A DNA stretch of 60,590 nt from Eledone cirrhosa (Eukaryota). A model generated the notes under the pieces. The model was given only the letters and a program-made list of their open reading frames with translations. It was not told the origin of the DNA and did not search any database. Numbering within the stretch: the stretch's first letter is position 1; each line of letters begins with the position of its first letter. The stretch covers positions 1 to 60,590 of the forward strand of contig CAXHJY010000934.1 in NCBI GenBank assembly GCA_964016885.1, written 5' to 3'. Position numbers and translations under genes: made by a program. Positions 14,234 to 25,991 of the stretch are shown in pieces.

Positions 14234-16525
14234 ATGGTCTACCCTACGGGTTTTACATAGGCATGCCGGACTTGTTCTCTGGCGTCCTCGAAGCCGTCTA
14301 CTGCAATTGGCAGCAGAACGGGAGAATTCCCAGTTCTGCAGGCAAGGGCGTAGTAGCGCTGATCAGGAAAGACGAGAACAAGGGGGACGAAATTAACAAC
14401 TTCAGGCCCATAACTCTGCTCAACACAGAGTTAAAGATTTTGGCCAAGGTGCTAGCGACGACGTTGGCGCTTGTCGTCGAGAACCTGGTAGGGAAAGCGC
14501 AAAAGTGTGCAATCCCGACCAGGTCCATACACGACAACCTCCACCTCATGCGATACATCATAGAGAGGGTGGGTAGTAAACCCGGCTGCAGTGGGGCTCT
14601 GATCAACTTGGATCAGTCTAAGGCATTCGATAGGGTCGACCATCGATACTTGGAAGCGGTTCTCAAGGCGGCCCGTTTCGGTCCCGTGTTCAGAGGATGG
14701 ATCGAGGCGATGCACACCAGCATCTGCTCGAGGGTCAAGGTGAACGGCTACCTATCAGAGCCGTTCGCAATCACGCGTTCCATTCGATAGGGGTGCCCTC
14801 TCTCCTCCATTCTGTATGTATTGACTCTAGAGCCACTACTGCGGAAATTGGAGCTGTTGCAGGGCATTCCTCTAGAACTGGGACTGCGCAAAGCGGCGTC
14901 GGCTTATGCCGACGACGTGACGGTAATGGTGTCGAGCACCTTGGAAATCGGGGTGATCGGCAACTTACTGAAAGAATACGAAACGCTGATGGGAGCAAAA
15001 CTAAACCCGCACAAGTCTGTCGGTTTGCAACTGGGTACGTGGAGAGGCAAACCGATGACGTCCGACAGCGTCGTTGGACGCTGGACAGACGGACCGGTGA
15101 AATTGCTCGGGGTCTGGTTCGGTCCAGACCTCCAGGTGGAGAAAAACTGGAACGAGGTCACGGCCAAGGTGTTTGCACTCACCCAGAAGTGGGCAGAGTG
15201 CAAACTGTCATTGAAAGGTCGAGCGGAGGTGGCGAACACTTTCATAGCGTCCGTCATCTACTACCGCTTGACTGTCGTGCCTTGTCCCCGTGAACACCTC
15301 GCTAAGATGGAACGCATGCTTTTCCAGTTTCTGTGGAAGAAGCAGGCTCCGCTGGTGAGGAGATCCGTCTGCTGTCAGCAACCTTCCAACGGAGGGCTGG
15401 GAATGCCGTGGCTGATGATGCGCAAACATGCGCTGAGGCTGCGGCATCTCCAGGTATTCTTCACCGACCCCAACCGGTGTGGGCACCGTTTGTGAGACAG
15501 GCTTTCCCACAGCTCGTCTTGCTGACGGAGCTGCAGTCCTGGGTCAAGAAAAGATCGAAAACGATGGGCGCCGGGCACATTGAATGCGCTCAGGCGCTCA
15601 CAGTCCTCTGGCAAGCGGGCGCAGCAATCAGTGGAGACTCCACTTCGACATTCTATAGAGGGATTGTACGTTACAAGGGCGACGACGTGCTCGAAGAGAC
15701 TCTGGGTGTCGAAGACGATGAGCTCACCAGTCTGTTTGGTAGGACTTTCCGCCCGGGACCTATGGACAACTTCCAGAGGTCCCTGGCCTGGCAGTGCTAC
15801 CGAGGAGCTCTACCGGTTCGTGACAAGATTTACAGGCACGGACGCCCCGGCAGGGATCCTTCCAAGAGGACGTGTCCAAGATGCGCGCAGGACATTGAAA
15901 CAGTCCTGCACGCAATTGTACACTGCCCGGGCGTAACCGACCTGTGGAACTATGCAGAACAACTGCTGTCGCGTATGAGACAAATACAGTTGACTGCCGA
16001 GTCCATAGTAAGGATCAAACCGCCAGCCTCTTTCAAAAACGAAAGAGAGGCGGTTTACCTCTGTACGGTGGCTATGGTGAAAGAAGTTATATGGTGGACG
16101 AGGTTGAGAGGACTGAGGACAGATGCCTTTCTCTCCGGACAACAATTGATTCCCTTCTTTAAGTATCACTTTAGAAGGAGAATCAGGGTGGAGAGAGAGG
16201 CACTGCACCCCAGTAAATTTACTGAAAGGTGGGTGAATGAAGCGAAAATGGTCCGAGTGATTGGGCCTTCTCTGTTTATAAGCCTGTAGGTTGAGGAAGA
16301 GAGCAAAAGGAAGAAAGGAGCACTTGCACAACACGCTCCTGGAGTTGAGGCTTGTTCTATCGACGGGGTATTAAACAACCCATTTGTGGCGCCTCCCCCC
16401 TATTGGGGATTTCGATTGTTGTAATTGTTTGTTTTTATAATTTTTACACGACTGTATGTAAAATCCCCGGCATGTCTTTGTATTGTCCCCTTTTCTTGTG
16501 CGCCCTTGTGGCTAATAAAGAAATG
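14234..16525 (+). mobile_element. 5'-truncated Tx1/L1-clade LINE, family A (RT, C-terminal CCHC, 3' UTR), disrupted
   Basis: DGLPY...NFRPITLLN...DQSKAFDRVDH...SIR*GCPLS...AYADDV...CPRCAQDIETVLHAIVHC; one stop and one frameshift; aataaa near the end; 41-bp flanking duplication. Confidence 0.93.
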
Positions 16526-16539
16526 TATCTATTTATTTA

Positions 16540-19500
16540 CCACCAACATGGCTATGCTAAGAGTAGGCTGTCTAAATGCGCGTGGCCTGGGATCAACTTG
16601 GAAGCAAGCAATGCTTTTAAATGACCTCAGGTCACAAGGTATAGATGTGATGGTTATTTGCGAGGTCCGGATCAGCAACGTGCGACAGCTGGCCCCCATC
16701 TTTGATGACTTTGAGATGCACGCATCTCTCTGTCAGCCCGGACGCGGGGGTGGGGTTTGTCGTTCTGCTGCAAAAACGTCTGGGTCTCACAACACAGACG
16801 GCACATTTGGACCCGGAGGGTCGACTAGTGGTTCTGGACCTTGGCAGTGGTGAAGGCGGAGCGTTTAGGCTGGTAGCCGTCTACGGCCCTTTCGGGTCAA
16901 CGCGGCCGGACTTCTTCCATCGTCTGGAGACTTTTCTAGGGACGTCCCGCTCCTTGCTATTAGTGGGGACTGGAATGGTATCCTAGATGCACGTTGGGAC
17001 TACATAGGGGCCTGTCTCGAAAGAGAGGGGTGTAACAGCCTCAAAGGGTTAATCGGTCGATTTGACCTGGCCGATAGATATCGACTAGATTTTCCGACTG
17101 CGCCAACCTGGACTTGAGCAGCAAACCGCAGCGGATCATCTAGGTCGTACCTAGATAGGTTCTTAGTTAGAAATAAGGATAAGGACTTTTTAAGTTGTCC
17201 AAAAATGCTCATGGTTGGCTATCCAGACCACAAATTAGTGACCTGCATGGTCAACCTTGACAGAACGCATAGACAGGGACCCGGTTACTGGAAGCTCAAC
17301 TTGTCCTTACCGGCAAGTAAGGCTTACAGGGACCAGATTAACACTTTAGTTAAGGAGCGGTTGACGGGCACCATCGTCAACAGCAGGTGGTGGGGATCTC
17401 TCAAAAGAGAGATTAGATTAGTCTCTATAGAATTTAGTAAGGAATTAGCCTCAAATAGAAATAGGAAGGAAAGGGAGTTGGTAGATAGTGTTGAAGAGGC
17501 AATTAGAAGCGGCGACGTGGCCAGAGTGCTAACGTCGAGAATGGCCCTGGGCCAGTTCTTCGACGCGAAACACGAAGGCTGCATCGTCCGAAGCAAAATA
17601 CGTGCTCTGGGAAACGAGGGGACCAAAGCTGATAGCTGGGCCCGCGTGACAGAAGCCAAAAGAGGGAGTAGATCTACTATCCGGTCTTTGCGAGACCAGG
17701 ATGGACGGGTGATCCTTGGACCTAAGCAGATGTGCGAGGCTTTTCAAAAGCACTTTGCCAGACTGTTCGGAAGGGACGGGGAACCGGTAGGGGAAGTGGA
17801 CTTCGGTCCATACCTCGACGGCCTGCCGCGTCTCTCGGACAGGGAGGCGAAGTCCTGCGAGGAGCCGATTTCAGCCGCTGAGATAGAGGACGTGCTGAGC
17901 CAATACGGCAAACGCAAATCCCCGGGTCTCGATGGTCTTCCATACGAACTATATCTAGCTATGCCGGACTTGTTCCCCGATCTCCTCGAGGCGGTCTACT
18001 GCAACTGGCAACAGAACGGGAGAATTCCCTGTGCTGTGACCAAGGGCGTAGTCACGCTAGTGAGGAAGGACGAGAACAAGGGTTACGATATAAATAATTT
18101 CAGGCCCATAACTCTGCTAAATACAGAGTTACAGATTTTGGCCAAGGTGCTAGCAAAGAGGTTGGCGCTTGTCTTGGGCAACCTGGTGGGAGATGCGCAG
18201 ACATGTGCTATCCCGTCCAGGTCCATCCACGACAACCTCCACCTCATGCGATACATCATAGAGAGGGTTGAGAACGAACCCGGCTTTGGTGGGGCCCTGA
18301 TCAACTTGGATCAATCTAAGGCGTTCGATAGGGTCGACCATGGTTACCTGGAGGCGGTGCTAGCGGCGGCAGGCTTCGTTTCAGAGGCTGGATCACTGCC
18401 ATGCACAGCAGCCGCATCTGCTCTAGGGTCAAGGTAAACGGCTACCTCTCGGAGCCGTTCGAAATCGCACGGTCCATCCGACAAGGATGCCCTCTCTCCT
18501 CCCTTCTGTATGTAATGACTCTAGAGCCACTGTTGCGGAAGTTGGAGTTGTTGCAGGGCATCCCGTTGGAACCGGGATTGCGGAAAGCGGTGTCGGCCTA
18601 CGCCGATGACGTAATGGTGTCGACGGCCTCGGAAATCGGGGCGATCGGCACCTTACTGGAGGAGTACGAAAGGTTTACAGGGGCTAAGCTGAACCGGGAC
18701 AAGTCGATCGGTCTGCAACTCGGCACGTGGAGGGGCAGATAGATGCCCTCCGATGGCGTCGTCGGGCGCTGGACGGAGGGCTCGGTGAAGTTGCTCGGGG
18801 TCTGGTTCGGACCAGACCTCCAGGTGGAGAAGAACTGGGGTGAGGTAACGAACAGAGTGTTTGCACTGATCCAGAAGTGGGCCGAGTGCAAACTGTCCCT
18901 GAAAGGTCGGGCGGAGGTGGCGAACACTTATATAGCGTCCGTCATCTACTACCGCATGACCGTCGTGCCTTGCCCAAGGGAAACGCTCGCCAAAATGGAG
19001 CGCGCACTCTTCCAATTCCTTTGGAAGAAGCGGGCTCCTATGGTGAGGAGATCCATCTGCTGTCAACACCCTTCGAAAGGAGGGCTGGGGATGCCGTGGC
19101 TAATGATACGTAAACACGCATTAAGGCTACGGCACCTCCAGTTATTCCTCACCGGTCAACCAGTGTAGGCCCCGTTTGTGAGGCGAGCCTTTCCCAGACT
19201 CGTCTCACTCACCGAGCTGCAATCCTGGGTCAAGCAAAGACCGAGAAAACTGGGCGCCTGGCACACCGAGTGTGCCCAGGCGCTCACGGCTCTCTGGAAG
19301 GCGGACCCGGCTGTCAGTGGAGAATCCACCTCGTCATTCTATAGAGGGCTGGTTGTTAGCAGGTGCGACGACGCCCTCGGAGAAGCCCTAGGCATGGAGG
19401 AAGACGAACTGGCCAACCTGTTTGGTAGGACATTCAGCCCGGGACCCATGGATAACTTCCAGAGGTCCCTGGCCTGGCAGTGCTACCGAGGGGCTCTGCC

Positions 19501-20241
19501 CGTTCGAGAAAAGCTCTACAGACACGGGCGCCCGCGTAGGGACCCCTCGAAAAAGATCTGTCCCAGATGCGTGTGCGACGAGGAAACCGTTGCACACACA
19601 TTGGTACACTGCTCGGGCATTGCCGATCTGTGGAGCTATGTCGAACAACTGCTGTCAAGGGTGGGACCGATCCGGTTGACCACCGAGTCTATTGTAACGA
19701 TCAAGCCACCTCCCCTCTTCAAAAACGAAGAAGAGGAGGTGTTTCTGTGCGTAATAGCCATGGCGAAAGAGGTTGTATGGTGGACGCGTCTGAAAGGACT
19801 GAGGTCAGACACCTTTCTCTCTGGCCAACAACTGGTCCGTTTCTTCCGATATCATTTCGGAAGAAGGATCAGGATGGAGAGAGAGGTACTGCACCCCAGC
19901 CGTTTTTATGAAAGATGGGTGAAAGTAGCGAGAATGGCCCATGTGAATGGGCCTTCACTCTACATCAGACTATAGGTGAAGAAGATGAAAGATCAAGGGA
20001 GCACCCCCTCTCTGTGCTCCTGGGGAGAAGGGTTGCACACTTTTTTCGGGGGTGTGTGCGACCCCCCAAGGCGCCTCCTCCCTATTGAGGATTTTGTTAT
20101 TAAATTTATTTTTGTTATATTTTATATATTATTATTTATATCTTGTTATTGCCTCCTCCTTATTAAGGACGCCTTTTTATGTAAACTCCCCCATTGTTCT
20201 TGTCCCACTCTTTGATGCCCTGGTGGCAAATAAAAAGAAAG
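16540..20241 (+). mobile_element. Tx1/L1-clade LINE, family B, complete but disrupted ORF2 (16548-19975); ORF1 absent
   Basis: APE motifs (CLNARGL, VYGP, SYLDRF, DHKLV), GPGYWKLN, RT (SIRQGCPLS, YADD), CCHC; several stops and frameshifts; 15-bp TSD ttatctatttattta (14192-14206 / 20242-20256). Confidence 0.93.
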
Positions 20242-20437
20242 TTATCTATTTATTTATCTATCTTGTTATATATTTCCTACCCACATGAAGTAGTCTTCCT
20301 CCATGATTAACGCATAAGTGTACTCTCTTATCGATTAAGTTCGTATTTTAACAATACAGACATAATTAAATTATTGAGTGAGTGAGGAAACGACCGAATC
20401 TGTATCAATTCTATTCGAAGGGCTTTATTCTATAATC

Positions 20438-20697
<260 letters not shown>

Positions 20698-20967
20698 CAA
20701 AAGTTCTATTTAAATTGTTGGGATACAGCAAGCAAATATTTTTATAACTGATATAAAGCACTCGACAAGTATTTGGAGTATATATCCTGATGTCTTCCAA
20801 AAGTAACGGTTGTATTTTGAAAGGGTACGTCAATGTTTATTTATAAAACTGGTATATATTGTATTTTGTCTGATGAAGGCATACCATAATTTAACATGGT
20901 ATCCTTGAAATATGTATAATAAAATATATATGGTTTTATAAATATAGTTTCCATTTGTTAATATCGT
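20698..20967. mobile_element. Non-autonomous PLE-derived insertion (minus-strand tail joined to a plus-strand hammerhead segment); family of 37081-37503
   Basis: 20698-20785 aligns with 37081-37165; 20838-20967 aligns with 37374-37503; TA tracts on both sides. Confidence 0.78.
20862..20926 (+). ncRNA. Type I hammerhead ribozyme motif
   Basis: Stem I tattttgt/ataaaata; CTGATGA 20870-20876; stem II aggcataccat/atggtatcctt; GAAA 20907-20910; short near-palindromic stem III ATATGTAT; cleavage triplet AUA; distal helix tttataaaac/gttttataaa. Confidence 0.8.
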
Positions 20968-21117
20968 ATATATATATATAATGTGTGTGTGTGTGTACGT
21001 ATGTATGCGTGTGTGTGCGCGCATATGTATGCGCGTGTGTGTATGTCGTACGTACAAGTGTCAATAAGTGAGTTTTTTTTGATTTGTTTTTTTTTGCGCG
21101 AGGACATAGAAATAATC

Positions 21118-24100
21118 GGGCTGGATGCCCGATCGCGCAGTTAAACCACTGGGAGTGAAGAACCCCTAGCCCTTGTCAGGGCATTCTTCTAGGAGAAGGC
21201 ATTTCAGGAAACTGGGTTAACTCCGACATAAAACCTGCGGCTCAGTAGTTACCGATGATGTTGATCTTTTCTTTTCGGGTTATAGCTACTGTCGCTCAGA
21301 GAGTGGGATTGGCTCAGTGCACAGTCTTTCCTCACTTTAAAAATATTCGTCACGCACAGGCATTGCACGAGTGCATTAATAATTATTATAATAGTTTACT
21401 ATTATTATTATTATTACTATTATTATTACTTTTTTTTTTTTTTTCCCATTCAATGATGTTCCAGAACAATATAAAAGAGATCATTGGCAATTTAGGTTCT
21501 GGAACAAAAAAGATAATTGGCAATAAGGGCAGCGGTCCCAGGTTATCACAGCCTGGGCCCGCTCGTCATCGTGCCATTGTAATAGAGCCAAACAAGGCAT
21601 TTAGTCTTGGCTGCTGGAACGTACGGACGCTGCTTGACAGGGATTCCTTGGAGCGTCCTGAGCGAAGGACCGCTCTTGTTGCAAAGGAGCTTCGACGTTA
21701 CGATCTTGACATCGTGGCTTTATCTGAGACGAGGTTAGCTGGAGATGGTCATCTTACAGAATTTTGTGGAGAATATACATTCTTCTGGAAAGGAAGAGAT
21801 GAAGGAACCAGAAGAGAGGCTGGGGTGGGATTTGCTGTTAAGACTGTACTTGTGAATAAATTAGAAGAATTCCCAGTAGGGATTAGTGAGCGTCTTATGT
21901 CCATGAGAATTCCGCTGGACAAAGGAAGATATGCGACCCTGGTGAGTGTGTATGCTCCAACTATGAATTCTGTCGATAAAGAAAAAGTGTCCTTTTACCA
22001 TGCCTTGAAAGGTGTTTTAAGAAATATCCCTCAGGCAGACAAAGTCATCGTGCTTGGTGACTTTAATGCTAGAGTGGGTAGGGATATTAACACATGGAAT
22101 GTAATCGGAAGGCATGGGGTGGGAAAGTGTAACAACAATGGTATGCTCCTGCTGCAGATGTGTGAGGAGCTGGATCTGTGTGTTACCAACACCATATTCC
22201 AACAAAAGAACAAATTCAAAACCACATGGATGTATCCTGCATCTAAGGAATGGCATCTTTTGGACTACGTCCTAGTCAGGATGCGTGACAGACGGGATGT
22301 GCAGTGTGTTCGTGCTCTTCGTGGAGCTGAGTGCTGGACGGACCACCGCCTGGTACGCGAAAAAGTGAAACTAATCACTAAACGTAAAATCCGGACTCCT
22401 GGTGTTGCCCTGCCCAAAAGATTGAATGCTGCTCGTCTTAAGGATAAAAATGTGAAGAGGACATTGGAAGAAGAGATGCAGGCTGCAGATCTTGGTGAGG
22501 ATTGGCCGATCCTTAAAAAGTCGGTTTATGATGTAGGCAGGCGTGTTCTGGGATTAGTGCAGAGAAAACATCAGGACTGGTTTAATGAGAATGATGTACA
22601 TATAGAAGACTTGTTGGCTGATAAGAGGCGTGCTCTGTCACGCTACTTGACGGCAAAACCACAGGAGAGGAATACGTTGCATGAGGAACTCAAGGATGTA
22701 AAATCACGTGTTAGGCGGAGTCTTTCTCAGATGAGGGATCAGTGGTGGAGTGAGAAGGCTGGTGAGATACAAACTGCATCAGATTCCAATAACACAAAGC
22801 TGTTGTACAGTCTCTTGCGTGAGGTTTATGGACCGTCTTCTTCTCTGGTGATACCGCTTCGCAGCAAGGATGGCAAAGAACTTCTTCGTGACTCACAAGG
22901 AATTCTACGAAGGTGGCGAGAGGACTTTGATGATCTTTTGAATCAGCCGTCTGTCGTCAGTGAAGATTTCCTCAATATCATTCCAGAAAGTCCTGTGAAA
23001 GTAGCTCTCGTAGAACCTCCGACGCTGGTGGAGGTTGCAGTGGCTATTTCGAAGCTGAACAGTGGAAGATCTCCAGGTATGGATGGCATACATGCTGAGC
23101 TCCTACAATATGGTGGTGAGAGACTCCTGCAACATCTTCACTCTTTGTTTGGCAGGATATGGGCTAATGAATCCGTACCTGAGGACTGGAGAGATGCAGT
23201 AATGGTGGTCTTGTACAAGGGAAAGGGTAACAGGAATGATTGTGGGAACTACAGAGGTATATCATTGCTTTCTGTCGTAGGGAAAGTTTTATGTAGGGTG
23301 CTTCTGGACCGTCTGCCGACACACATTGCAGATTGTGTTCTTCCTGAAAGTCAATCTGGTGTTCGTGCTGGACGCGGCACTACTGATATGATCTTCTCAG
23401 CTAGACAGCTCCAGGAAAAGTGCATGGAACAAGGCTTGGATCTGTATCAGGTTTTTGTCGATCTGACAAAAGCTTTCGATACTGTTAACAGAGATGCATT
23501 GTGGAAGGTTCTCCAGAAACTTAGTTGCCCTGATAAGTTCCTTGCTTTAGTTAGGTCTTTCCATGACGACATGAAGGCTTGGGTTAATGTCGGAGGTAGA
23601 ATGTCGGAGCCTATCTCAGTAAAAAATGGAGTGAAACAGGGGGATATTCCAGCACCGACCCTGTTTGCAATATACTTTGCAATGGTTTTCTGTATTGCAT
23701 TCAGGAATTGCGAGCATGGTGTTTACATCCGATATCGAAGCCCAGGCAGCATATTTAACATCAGGCGCTTTGCTGCGAAGACAAAAGTATTTACATCAAT
23801 CATAAGAGACCTCTTGTATGCAGATGATTGCGATCTTGTAGCGCACACAGAGAGTGATATGCAGCACATTTTGAATGCATTTTCTGACGCTTGCACTGCT
23901 CTAGGATTGACTGTCAGTCTCAAGAAAACCGTCGTCATGTACCAACCTGCCCCTGGTAAGCAGTACACTGAACTAAATATCGATGTGTATGGTAAACGTC
24001 TTGGAGTGGTTGATCAGTTTGTCTACCTGGGAAGCACTGTCAATCTATACAGCAACCTTGACAGTGAAATCTCACTTAGGATTAGGAAAGCAAGTGATGC

Positions 24101-25103
24101 TTTCGGAAAGCTAGAAAGGCGACTCTGGGGTCGGCGAGACATATGCAGGAGGACAAAGGTAAAGGTGTGCAGGGCATGTGTGCTCTCTTGTCTTCTTTAT
24201 GCCTGCGAGACCTGGGTCACATATCGACACCACCTTAAGCAATTGGAGCGTTTCCATCAGATGTGTCTCAGACGGATCTATGGCCTTCACTGGAGGGACC
24301 ACATCAGTGATGTCGAGATTTTGGAAAGCTCTATGTGTGACACTATAGAAGCTCTTGTGCTTAAGCAACGACTCCGTTGGAGTGGTCACCTTGCCAGGAT
24401 GAAGGATTTTAGAATACCAAAACAACTCTTTTATGGAGAGTTGGTTAAAGGAAAACGACCGCCACATAAACCAAAAAAGAGGTATAAGGATTCCTTGAAA
24501 GCCTCTCTGAAAGACGCTAACATCTCTGCTGATACATGGGAAAATATTGCTGCTGATCGTAATAAATGGAGAAAGACTGTATATGAGGGAAAAGTTGCCT
24601 TTGAGGCATCTCGAATCGCATACGAGAAAGTAAAGCGGGATGTGAGGAAGGGCATTGCTGTTGCACTTCCAGACGGCGAGGGTCCTCCTATGGTGCTGAC
24701 ATGCAGCGTCTGTGCGAGACTCTGCCTAAGCAAAGCTGGACTCGAAAGTCAGCTTCGCAGTCATAAAGTAAGACCAGTGGTTGACTACCAGGCTGCTGTT
24801 GGAGATGCTACTCATCATGCTTGCCAAACATGTGGTAGAGAATGTAAATCAGCAGGAGGGCTCAAGCGACATGCAAAAGTACACGAACTCCAAGCCCAGC
24901 CGACTATTCCCAGTGAATGTTTTGGTTGCCGACTCTGTGCAAGACATTTTAGATCATTGGCTGGGCTAAAAAGCCACATTCGATCGCAGCGCTGTTAGTT
25001 GCTATCGTGTGTGTGTGTGTATAGATATGCTTATGTGTGTGCGTGTGTGTGTATATATATATGTATATGTATATTTTTATTATTGTTGTCGTTATTATTA
25101 TTG

Positions 25104-25135
<32 letters not shown>

Positions 25136-25330
25136 GTTATTAATGTATGTGTGTATGTGTGTGTGTGTATATGTGTATGTATGTGTGTATGTATATATAT
25201 ATGTATATATATATATATATATATTTCTTTTTTTTTCTTTTTTTATTTATTTATTAATTTTTTTTTTCTGCTCGTGCAATGGCCATACTCGATAACGAGG
25301 GGGCAGCCATCATTTATGTATGTATGTATT
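21118..25330 (+). mobile_element. Apparently full-length RTE-clade LINE
   Basis: 5' UTR with cagggca...tctaggagaagg block; single APE-RT ORF; 3' stem-loop ggccatactcgataacgagggggcagcc followed by a (TATG)n tail. Confidence 0.88.
21453..24998 (+). CDS. RTE LINE protein: apurinic-like endonuclease, reverse transcriptase and three C2H2-like zinc fingers
   Basis: GCWNVRTL, ALSETR, VYAPT, GDFNARVG, LDY, TDH (APE); NYRGISLL, FVDLTKAFD, GVKQG, YADD, YLGS (RT); CxxC...H motifs x3; no stops or frameshifts; start codon uncertain (frame open from 21255). Confidence 0.93.
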   Translation: MMFQNNIKEIIGNLGSGTKKIIGNKGSGPRLSQPGPARHRAIVIEPNKAFSLGCWNVRTLLDRDSLERPERRTALVAKELRRYDLDIVALSETRLAGDGHLTEFCGEYTFFWKGRDEGTRREAGVGFAVKTVLVNKLEEFPVGISERLMSMRIPLDKGRYATLVSVYAPTMNSVDKEKVSFYHALKGVLRNIPQADKVIVLGDFNARVGRDINTWNVIGRHGVGKCNNNGMLLLQMCEELDLCVTNTIFQQKNKFKTTWMYPASKEWHLLDYVLVRMRDRRDVQCVRALRGAECWTDHRLVREKVKLITKRKIRTPGVALPKRLNAARLKDKNVKRTLEEEMQAADLGEDWPILKKSVYDVGRRVLGLVQRKHQDWFNENDVHIEDLLADKRRALSRYLTAKPQERNTLHEELKDVKSRVRRSLSQMRDQWWSEKAGEIQTASDSNNTKLLYSLLREVYGPSSSLVIPLRSKDGKELLRDSQGILRRWREDFDDLLNQPSVVSEDFLNIIPESPVKVALVEPPTLVEVAVAISKLNSGRSPGMDGIHAELLQYGGERLLQHLHSLFGRIWANESVPEDWRDAVMVVLYKGKGNRNDCGNYRGISLLSVVGKVLCRVLLDRLPTHIADCVLPESQSGVRAGRGTTDMIFSARQLQEKCMEQGLDLYQVFVDLTKAFDTVNRDALWKVLQKLSCPDKFLALVRSFHDDMKAWVNVGGRMSEPISVKNGVKQGDIPAPTLFAIYFAMVFCIAFRNCEHGVYIRYRSPGSIFNIRRFAAKTKVFTSIIRDLLYADDCDLVAHTESDMQHILNAFSDACTALGLTVSLKKTVVMYQPAPGKQYTELNIDVYGKRLGVVDQFVYLGSTVNLYSNLDSEISLRIRKASDAFGKLERRLWGRRDICRRTKVKVCRACVLSCLLYACETWVTYRHHLKQLERFHQMCLRRIYGLHWRDHISDVEILESSMCDTIEALVLKQRLRWSGHLARMKDFRIPKQLFYGELVKGKRPPHKPKKRYKDSLKASLKDANISADTWENIAADRNKWRKTVYEGKVAFEASRIAYEKVKRDVRKGIAVALPDGEGPPMVLTCSVCARLCLSKAGLESQLRSHKVRPVVDYQAAVGDATHHACQTCGRECKSAGGLKRHAKVHELQAQPTIPSECFGCRLCARHFRSLAGLKSHIRSQRC

Positions 25331-25437
25331 TAAAAAAAAGGATCGATTCACTTTCGTCAAATCGAACCGAGTATACAATGTTTTTGTCGGTCTTTCCAGT
25401 TGCTATGTACTATCTATCGGTCGCAACTCCGGGTAGA

Positions 25438-25547
25438 AGGAGCAACGTGAAATAAAGTGTCTTGCTCAAGGACATAACGCATCGCCCGGTCCAGGAATCG
25501 AATTCACAACCTCAAGATTGTGAATCCAATTCTCTAACCATATGACC

Positions 25548-25548
<1 letters not shown>
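25438..25548 (-). mobile_element. tRNA-derived SINE fragment (CORE-like)
   Basis: ggagcaacgtgaaataaagtgtcttgctcaagga...ccaggaatcgaattcac is the reverse of the 7344/33384 type. Confidence 0.65.
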
Positions 25549-25918
<370 letters not shown>

Positions 25919-25959
25919 CCCATATACTATACCGATTGTGCTGATATTTCTGTTTACCT

Positions 25960-25990
<31 letters not shown>

Positions 25991-25991
25991 T

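Noticed and set aside
14215-14790. ORF MAMLRVDGLPY as an endonuclease-deleted Tx1 variant
   Set aside because: The first codons come from family B and lie inside the 41-bp target duplication
14298-19911. Many antisense and alternate-frame ORFs over the Tx1 copies (also 51650-54031)
   Set aside because: Shadow frames of GC-rich ORF2; no independent motifs
21255-21452. N-terminal poly-Leu/Phe extension of the RTE ORF as a signal or membrane segment
   Set aside because: Encoded by a (TTA)n/T tract in the 5' UTR; likely a fortuitous open frame
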